NCBI RefSeq assembly: GCF_000150275.1
Contig: NW_002060951.1
Span: 1,312,297-1,376,296 of the forward strand
Source: Trichoplax adhaerens
Lineage: Eukaryota > Animalia > Placozoa
DNA length: 64,000 bases
Direction of reading: 5' to 3'
Part shown: positions 54,513 through 64,000 of the stretch, one piece after another
Numbering within the stretch: position 1 is the first letter of the stretch
Layout: the number at the start of each line of letters is the position of its first letter
Translations under genes and position numbers: made by a program
Notes under the pieces: generated by a model
What the model saw: only the letters and a program-made list of their open reading frames with translations
What the model was told of the DNA's origin: nothing
Database searches by the model: none

Positions 54513-55046
54513 GTTGTCGAGTATGTGGATATCTGCACCAGCTGGATAACCTATATTTCTACCATTTAGAATGGCTAGCTTTGCTTTGGCTAGATATAAT
54601 CCCAACAGCTACTATAGCTTTTATAACTTGTACATAAAATTCTGTCAATGGTACAAAATTTATTGATGTTAAATGCTTGAAAGATTCTGTTAAAGCTGCC
54701 TCTTTATGCTGAAAAAACCGAGTATATAGCTATCGTTTTATATAGATAAGTGACATTTTAAGGTAATCAGAATGAAGCTGTATAATGCACTAAAGTATGT
54801 GAAAGGGATTGATCGCATTGCATGTTTTTATTATTCTTGATGTACGACAGCGATGGGTACATCTGAGCTCCTGTAAATTTTTTATATTATGTGCGAAAGC
54901 GTTGTGATGAGCTCGAATACGTTGCAAGGTTAATGTACAAATGAGTATCATACACTCTTTTAACTCTGTGATTACATGTTTAGGGCATTTCATTGTAAAT
55001 CTTCAATATAATTTGTGATGTCAATATATTTTTTAAATTGAAATAC

Positions 55047-55151
55047 GCAATATTGCTTAGCGCATGCTGCTGTATGATCTCGAATGGAAGGTTATGTTAA
55101 GCAATATTGCTTAGCGCATACTGCTGTCTGATTTCGAATGGAAGGTTATGT
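55047..55151. repeat. Tandem duplication, 2 x ~53 bp
   Basis: GCAATATTGCTTAGCGCAT.CTGCTGT.TGAT.TCGAATGGAAGGTTATGT appears twice. Confidence 0.9.
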
Positions 55152-56113
55152 ATAGATTTCGATATTCTGCATGATTGTAATATCATAGTACAGCGTCTTA
55201 TATTGCCTTTATGCTCCGTTTGCATCATACCTCATGGCGATATGCGAGAAGAAACAATTGTCATCAACGTCCACACGTTACTTGAAATAAAGCTTGCACA
55301 GCAGTCTTATTAGTTCTTTGTATATTTTAATAAATTTTTTTCAATTTGTACGTAATAGATATACAGGATATATACAGTATATTATTAACAGTAAGTAATC
55401 AATCATGAGATGCCAGCGAAGTTATAGCCTTTCATACGGTATACAGTATAATGCGAGCATACATTCTTTGCATATTTATTTCAGTTTATACTCGTACTGT
55501 ATTTATATTGTAACCATTTGATGAATAATAAAAGATAACATTGGTACTATAACTAAAATATTGAGTTTCTAGAAATCCAACAGGCGATTTTTAGATTGGG
55601 TATCTATAAAAGGATAATATATATCAAAATAGGAGTGTACAGTAGACGAAATAACGGTCTTCTGGAATGTGTAATCATGATCAGAACCAACAAAACCTGG
55701 TTATACAGGACAGCAATATTTTTTCTCTGCGTATTATACGGCAATTTCAACACATCTAATATTATGGTGTTCCAGAACATAATCCAACCATCGAATAAAG
55801 TTAAAGGTTCGCAGTAGATGCCAATGGCTACTTTTATTCACTGCTAGTGAAAATGTCTATTATTCGGTCTATTCTTTGGTTACTGTACCATTGTACAATG
55901 TACATGTATGTTGGGATAGATTGTTTTCGAATGGCAATTGCAAGCAGAATTTCAAACAAACGAGTTGTTGGAGCATTGAAACAACAATGTAAAACTGTTA
56001 AGATTCACGCTAATTTGTGATATATTAAGAGAGATTCTAATTCTTTGACATTGACTATATCTCGGCAATGAACATGAACAATTAGATATATCATGTCATG
56101 CTATATTTTTAGT

Positions 56114-56479
56114 TTAATTACGCTTGACACGCGATAACTGTACGACGGTATCAGTTATAATTGCAATGAAAAGTAGCCATAATGGTATGAAGACTTGATA
56201 ATAGGATATGTTAATATATCCTTCCAATTTAGCACATAAAATACTTTGAAAAACGAGTTTAACAATTATCAAGACTACTATTTTTAGGTTAGAGTATTTA
56301 TGGCGATCTTTCCACCAATCGTAGGTGAAATAAACGACTGCAGTAGAGTCGTATAACCATAAAGATAAAAAGATTAGGTACCAATTCCATTGGATGAATC
56401 CATCAGCTTGCAATAAGACGAATATGACAAATAACAGAATTGCTAGCCAAGCACTAATAGCTCGATGAATCAAGGACAT
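56114..56479 (-). CDS. TMEM60: Transmembrane protein 60 (TMEM60/TMEM185/TMEM203 family), single coding exon
   Basis: 121-aa 4-TM ORF with MSL..R....WL..LLF, WNW.LIF..LW..D, KL.F...LCAKLE and VFIPLW motifs characteristic of TMEM60. Confidence 0.88.
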   Translation of the reverse strand: MSLIHRAISAWLAILLFVIFVLLQADGFIQWNWYLIFLSLWLYDSTAVVYFTYDWWKDRHKYSNLKIVVLIIVKLVFQSILCAKLEGYINISYYQVFIPLWLLFIAIITDTVVQLSRVKRN

Positions 56480-58173
56480 GTTCTTGTTCTCCTGGTTAAT
56501 AATAACATGGACGGTCTACTTCAGCGATTCTACTTAGTACTATTCAGTGCAGTGTTTACCAGTCTTGAACTGACGACGATTGTCCGTTTCGTAAGGTTTA
56601 CGCTACTAACGTAACCCTCAAGACTTTAGGTTAGATAGCTTTGAGTCTCTTCGATGGTTACTAATTTCCAATTTATTATTAGTAGTCGTGATGAATTATC
56701 GTAGTTCATTTGAGGATGACTACTCACCGTGGAATATTGGGTGTATGATTCGTTTCCTATAATTAATTAATTTAGCCAGGCAATTTTACCGACATTCACA
56801 TATATTATATAATAATAATGAATTAATTAATTTACTGTAAGCGATGAGGTAATCATAGATGAGTAAAGAAGTCATCCAATCCGGTATACGTCGTAGTTTG
56901 CTTATTGACCCCAGATGAAAGATCAGATCGAGAGAGAAAGCTATGGCAATAGAAACTCGAGAATGAATCTGATATTGGCTCTAATCGTGCATGATTTTCT
57001 AGCCCATCGCCATGATGAATCGCTATGAATTTGTACAGTGGCTGTCGGCTGATATGGTTACACGTACTATAGTATCTACTATACAGTGCTTAATGTACCA
57101 ACTTGTGGCTGTAGTGTACTCACTAGAGGTATGCCTATACCCTAGTGTGTGCTAGTTCGGGTACAGTCCTCTACTGTCAACGGCACTTCAGTCTTTTGGT
57201 GCGTTTCACTTGTCTTAGTACAGTGAAGCTACTGTAGCAGGTCATACGCATAGTACCGTACAGTACGATACAGTACGCTGTACAGTAGGACCGTCAAGGT
57301 ACTGTAAGACTGTATACTGTACACGGTGAAGTAGAATCGGGCTCTGGCGGACGATTCATTGAAATTAGCATTACTCAGCCAGCAGCCATCATTGCCACCA
57401 ATCTCGCCTTAGAATCTTCTTTTATTATTGCCATTAAAGTTCAATCTAATATCGTTGAAAGGGCAAGATTGGAAATCCAATTGAATGCCTTAGCACGTAA
57501 GTAATTCATCTTCAACTTAGTCATGGATAAATTCCATATACAGCTCGGTCAACGTCACTTTTTTTCAACGCGGTAACGGTACGCTGCATGAACAGCGAAG
57601 CAAATTAGCCTAGCCATGACGATGAGTAGATTCAATTACAAATCGAAATTGGGGTGATTTTAGGAGATAAAGTACTGAATACTAGCTGTTTTGACTGCTT
57701 TATACACTCAATTATGAGATAGAGTATGAATAGATCGATTTTCTGTAGTAATTATAGGTAAAAATCTTAAGGTAGATACTCGTTTATGTTAGACTTAATG
57801 TCAAATCAATGATGTCATTCAGTGATACGAATGCATGGATAACAACAGTCCAAAATTTGATTCACCTTGTTTTCTTACAGGAAATCGTAGCACTTGAAAA
57901 TTCAACTGTTCTATAGCAATCAGTAGCGTCAATGAATGATGGCCATCTACTGACGAATTATTACCTACTTTAGTCGTTATTGTTGCCGCACCAACTGTGT
58001 AATTTCTTGAAATGTTTAAATGCTGCAGCGATTGCTGATGCCTGATGTTGTTACAGTAATATGCTATTGCTAATTTTATCCTAGATAGCTAAAGTTTACT
58101 CCTCCTACTGCTGCTCTTGATTGTATCAGACATATTTCACTGAAAATACTGTACCACGATCAAGACTGAAATC

Positions 58174-61100
58174 ATGTTTCGTCCCGACCAAAATACAGGC
58201 GATGAAAGTAAGGGATGCTTATAAGGCATTACATTAATTAATGAATGTATTACAAGTTATCATTGATCTACTATACCCGTATTGGCTAAAAAATGGATAC
58301 ATTTTATCCAAGACTACTTCATGTATTTATTGAGTCTTTTAATCCATGCTGTAATATTAAATCGCAAATACTGTTGTTGTCACTTTAATTGTACATGATA
58401 TGGCACAGTTCAATTTGATAGTGCGATAAAATTACTTAGTTTTTACAAGACAGTAAAGTATACCTAAGCTAGGAGAACAATGTTCTCTTTAAAAGCAACA
58501 CAATTCATGCTTGTATTTTCAAATAGTAGTACACTAACTCATGCAAATCACTTTCATTTGAATTGTATAGGTATACCATTTGCAACTGGAGCTACGCAGA
58601 ATGTTAAGAATAGATTACGGATGGGAGCCAAGAGGGGAGGTACTCTCCGCAACCCTAGATCAAGGGGAAGAATTGGTAGAGGAAGTAGAAACACAGCTAG
58701 GGATAGATTTTCTGGTGCGATACCTGATGATGCCGTTGAAATGAGTGAGTTTCGCAGTGTACTGTATATTATACGCTCGACACTTGGACATAACGTTATC
58801 GTACTGTATTCTGTACCGTTTAGTATTTTCCTTTGCTTCGCATTGCCTATTATGTACAATTCTAGAACCGGATTGCCAACAAGAGTAACAATACTTTACT
58901 AATGCTGTACTACTGTAGACAATCATTCATTAATTAAAAGTATTTGGTCATCAGTGAACTATAATAGACACCCTTGCTTTCTGTTTTATAAACTAATAGC
59001 TGATGTATCAGGAGGTAGCAAAAATATCTTCTCAAGGCTTGGTAACAATAAAAAAAACAGTCAGCAAATATCAAATAAGAAAGCTGCTTCATTTAAAATT
59101 CCTACTGAGGCTTATAATAAGCCAAAACAATCAAACTTTGTTACAATGACTCAAGGTAAAATACTATACTGTATGTACGAATTGTTGATAATGATGATAT
59201 TGTCAAAAAATAAATTTATTCGATCCGATTACTATATTCACAATCTCTTTCATACCTTCGTAGCTCCTACCACTGATTTCAGTTCTAGTAACGACGTATT
59301 CCCAACATTGAATAAAGAACCATCTCAAGCTTTCATGCAAGATACAGATCCAGCGATACCTGTTCAATTCGGTAAATTGTAACAGTATCCTTTGAAATAG
59401 ATCTAAGGGCTACTTTTGATATTAATGTTACATAAGTTCGAATTTTTACTTTGCATGTCCTTACTATTCGGTCATTATAATACACAACACAGTTCAATAA
59501 TCAATTTTTGTTCTTTTTCATGTGTAAATGCAGGCAATACAGCAACAAGTGGCGTTGGTAATAGTGTGTTCTCTCGACTTGGCAATAATCAAATTACGAA
59601 TTCCAGTCAAGTTGTGGACCAAGGATTTTCAAGTAATAATTTCAAAAAAGATAGTACTATACAAGGAAAAGGTCTGTTTTAATGTTATTTACATAGATTT
59701 CAAGGTAATTACGTATTGAATGTTCCAGCTTGGTACTATTTTTTATCTATAATAATAAAGATGAACACTATGAACAATCACAGAGAGTAAGTTCAAGAGG
59801 TAACCGAGGTGCTGAAAGGGGTAGAATAAGGGGTGATAGAGGACGTGGTGGTAGAAGTAGAGGTAGAGGTAGAGGCAGAGTAAAAGTTGGTCCAGTGGTC
59901 ACGGCTTTGTTTAGTGGGAGAGGAAGAGGTCAGTATCCATCAAATACTGCGAGAGGTTCACCACTTCAACGTAGAAATATCAGTAGGCAGAGAGGAACTG
60001 GTCGCGGCACTCCTTCCAACATTAATGAAGAATATTTAGGATATGAACAAGGTAGACCATCCGCACTTGCAGTTATTCGTTTGAGCAGTTTATCGTCATT
60101 ATATATGTAGTATACAGTTGCTTAATGATTGAAACATGGGTAGATTCTACAAATAACAGGAAAAACCTATAGATGACAATAATATGTACACGCATATATT
60201 GCTACAAAATATTACGTATTGCTCATAACGCTATTACGTTAATATTTCGTTAAGCTACCTGTTGCTATAGTTGTACCGTCGATATCGGTGTAACATATTG
60301 TGCTCAGAAATATAATCATTATTCTTACAACTTAATGTAATGTAATTAACAGTATTAACTTGTTAAAGCTTAGGCAATGTGCATTATAAAATACAGTAGG
60401 TTCGGTTTACTTTTTATTTCAGGCAATTCAAACGAAAGTGATCTCGTGTCTACCAACGAAAGCTTGGATACAGATGTAACTCCTAACTCAACAGCAGGTC
60501 GAAAACAGTTTCGGAAACCGTTTCGAAATACGGGTCAGTTATCACTTACCTGGGCTAAGCGGGGAATTGGTCGTATTGGAGCCTTGCCTTCTCCAACTGC
60601 GAGAGTACCTCAAACTCTTGCACAGAAACAAAGACTAAGTTCTGGACAAAAAGTTAATCCACATAAAGGTATCATTTCAAATAATATCAAAAATAATTGT
60701 TGAATAAGTTTTCAGCCTGTAACTACTATTACATTTATTGGTGCTATTGTGCTAACTCAAATATTGTAACTTCCCAAAGAAACTAAATTAAATGCCGCTA
60801 AATTTGTAGGATCTTATAAAGTGGATCATAGATTTGAATATGATGCCAATTTGCAGGAAAAAAGTGCTACAATGGGCGCTAATTTCAGTACGATTGATAA
60901 CAATAATTTAAAAGTAATGCAAACAGATGGAAGAAATTTTAAGGACCTTGCAAGTGCTAATAATTCTTCGCTATCAGAAACTGGTAATTTTAGTGGATTT
61001 CCAGACTTCAATCGTGCTACCTCGCAAGATTTTAAAAAAAGCCAAGACAATGTAGTGAATGCTTTTACTGATATCGTCGATAAAAGAATGCGGGCAAGTG

Positions 61101-63983
61101 TTTGTACTTGTAGGATAACACTTCACCGACAATTGCTCATCCTTAATTTATACGAATTAACACGAGAACGATAATTATATCAGGTACTAAACTTGTACTT
61201 TTATACTAGAAGCAAAATGATACTCCACTGGTGATGGCACAACCCCCCAACTTAACAAGAGTAACTAAAGCTACAGCGGAAGGAAAACTTACCGCTGCAG
61301 CCTTGCCGTTTAAGGATAAAATTGCTAATGATATCGGCGAATGCTACGATATTCTATTAGAAATTGACACTAACCTAAGAAAAGGTCTTTTAATAATATT
61401 ACTTTTGGTATATGCTAATAGTAGCTTCCGTTATGTAACGGAAAAGTGGAATGCTGATATTGATATGAGAAAACAATACATATCTTACTAGAGCGTCCTC
61501 CAGAATCTGTATCAGAGCAGGAAAAGAAAGCCTTTGGTACGTGTCGTGAGATGTGTCCGGAAATTGTAAGTCAATATACACTATAATCAGAATAGTACTT
61601 GGGATTCTGATGTCATGTTCCTATCAATTATTCGAATTTTTAATAAATTATATTCTATAACGTATTAATAGGAATATTATAGGCGTGCAAAACAAGACCG
61701 GTTCAGTATATATGAGAGCGAGGTAGATGCTAAGGCACATATTACAATAAGCTTTAACGTTTCTATAAAATTCTTTCTTCCTAAATGTACTCTGTATCTT
61801 CTTAACAGCCAGGTCGCAAGCACTTTGTACGTGCTATAGCCGTAAAAGAATACAGCGGCTCGGCTGCTGATAAGGTAAAATATTTGTGGTACTCATGCTT
61901 AATAAGCAATATAAAATAACCATAGATATCTCTTATATCTTGATTATTGCTTTTACTACCTATATAACGTATTAAGTGTTAATAAAATTTAAATACCGTA
62001 CATGAGTATGAAATTATAATCATGAAATCTTTTTTTAACAGGATGAGCCCATGCCGTATGAACTCCGCCCTGTGAAAACTCTCTCGTTGACAATGGATTA
62101 TATTATCGTGAAAGTGATTAATGGAGATCGGAGAGATGTTGGTGAATGGTTCGATTTCGTTTGGAATAGAACTCGAGCTATAAGAAAAGTATATAGCACC
62201 GGAATGGCATCATTAACTTTAGATCGTTGTAGATTAACAAGGTGTAGATATACTCGTATTAGTACTAATTTTAGTATTTTATAATAATTAGGACATTACC
62301 ATACAACGCCTTTGTGATTTATCGAGTGCGGATTTGGTTGAAAAATGTGCAAGGTAGTCTATATATATTTTTGGTCCAACTTGTATGCTACAGTAGGTGA
62401 CCTATATAATACAATAAGATAAAGAATGTTTGACAATATCAACCGTATTTTTTTAGATTTCATGCGTTATGTGGACACTTACTATGTCAGGAATCAATGC
62501 ACACGTTTGATATGAAAATAAACAATGAAAATTTAGTGAAGTGCTTGCAAACTTTGCGTCATTTCTATTCAGATTTACATGCTGAGGTTTACATGTCTAC
62601 CTTTTCAACTTAATTACTTAAACTATGGATATACACGTATATATAAAGGTATGCTATTCTATCAGGGTCTCAAGCCAGAGGGTGAAGCTGAATTTAGGTG
62701 CTATGACATTTTAATTCATGTAAATGAAGGAGATATGTTAAGGTAATGTACAGTGAATGCTATCATATCATCAAAAAAATTACTATAAGATTATTGCTTT
62801 ATAACAATTTGGGATTGTGATCTGTTTGGGCACATGTCATACTTTTATCAATATAGGCAAGCTCAAGAATATCTTCCTGAAGTGTTCAACTCTGACCCTG
62901 TCCAATTTGCAATTTCGGTTGCACAGGCTGTTGCTAGTAATAATTACATTAAGTTTTTCAAATTAATAAAGTAAGTTTTCAATTCATGCTGATAAAGACA
63001 ACTTATTGCTGTAATCCTAAAGAGTCTAGGGATATCCATTGCTGATACGATGCTTTTATATCTTGAATTAATTTTATACTGCGACAGAAAATTATTAGTC
63101 ACTATTCAATACACTCATTAATACTGATCATCTATCTATAAAATTTAAAGGTCGGCTCCATATTTATGTGCATGTCTAATGCACCAGCATTTCACTCAGG
63201 TAGGGATTACGGCATATTTGTCGTTGTCGTCGTACCGAATATAGCAAGCACCTGATATATTATTTTCTTAAATAGATGCGAATAAAGGGTTTACAATGTA
63301 TGATTCGGTCATATTCTATGGGAAAAAAAGCTGTTGCCTATCCAATGAAAAAGTTTATTAGGCAACTTTTTTTTGAAAACGATGAAGAGGTTTGTTAAAG
63401 ATGTAAAATTATCCTTCATATCTGTTAGGACAGCGGAATACATTTTATTTATATCTACAAGCATTTCACTTTGATACATTTTACTCACAGGCGTTTAATT
63501 TCTGCCACGAACATGGACTGACTGTGAATGATAATGATACTGAATTAGTGATACAACTGGACAGAAATTCATTCACTGCTTGCGATAAGAGAATTATTCC
63601 TCATAGGTCATCTGCTATTGAAGAGAAAAGGAGAAATTTAACTATTGGAGAAGTATGAAAAATATTTTAGGAGAATGGTCATAGCAGGTTTTAATGTAGT
63701 AATGCAATATCTCTTTGTGTGATAGATTGTGTATGGAAGCAGCTTACCGGATGTTTCTGTACAAGTTCCATCATCAAGTTTTGATGAATCTTTAAGGTTT
63801 ATTGGTTCTTATTGGAATATGGAAGAGACTAAAATAATATCACCGGTTCGCGAGAGCAACCGAGCGATACCTAGGGTATCGCCAGTTAGAGAAGCCGTAC
63901 CAACTCATGTTCCTCAAATATCGAACTTTATACCGGAAATTGTACCGAAGAAAGTTAAAGCACCTGCATTTACAAACACAGAG
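58174..63983 (+). CDS. MCM3AP: Germinal-centre associated nuclear protein GANP / Sac3 (TREX-2 scaffold), 5' part, truncated by the window end
   Basis: Low-complexity N-terminal exons (58174-58207, 58571-58744, 59000-59155, 59264-59371, 59534-59671, 59761-60051, 60423-60668, 60810-~61093, 61210-61384). SAC3/GANP domain exons follow from 61492 with GTCREMCPE, AVKEYSGSAADKDEPMPYELRP..L..TMDY, WFDFVWNRTRAIRKDIT.Q, EKCARFH, FDMKINNENLVKCLQTL, EAEFRCY, NNYIKFFKL and APYLCACLMH.HF. Confidence 0.93.
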
Positions 63984-64000
63984 GTTAGGCTTGATATTAT

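Noticed and set aside
1-64000. tRNA, rRNA, snRNA, SECIS/selenoprotein or transposase/RT genes
   Set aside because: No cloverleaf, rRNA-like GC-rich block, in-frame TGA at a conserved Cys position or transposase/RT motif was seen by eye. A covariance-model scan (Infernal/Rfam, tRNAscan-SE) would be needed to exclude small RNAs.

Overview
This is an AT-rich, intron-dense eukaryotic (animal) genomic window with short GT-AG introns of about 60-300 nt and compact genes. The style suggests an early-branching metazoan such as a placozoan (inference only). The ORF track mostly shows exon fragments or antisense noise, so the gene models were built by hand by joining exons in phase. Recognisable genes: OXR1/NCOA7-family LysM-TLDc gene (+, 2556-10632), activator-type E2F (-, ~51344-47575), NDUFAF8-like twin-CX9C protein (+), TMEM60 (-), and the 5' part of MCM3AP/GANP (+, 58174 to past the window end). 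Three genes have no family I can name: an intronless Ser/Arg-rich disordered ORF (18116-18961), a 6-exon signal-peptide multipass membrane protein (-, 28503-24664), and a ~25-exon, ~2000-aa acidic protein with a C-terminal EF-hand-like region (32818-45347) behind an RFX X-box-like motif. Notable signals: paired E2F sites plus an E-box upstream of E2F, Gly in place of the conserved Arg in the GANP KEYSRS loop, a GC-AG intron and a candidate 17-nt microexon in OXR1, a TACAGTA/TACTGTA motif clustered at gene 5' ends, two perfect hairpins, and many local 50-230 bp tandem duplications. I saw no rRNA, tRNA, CRISPR or prokaryotic system.
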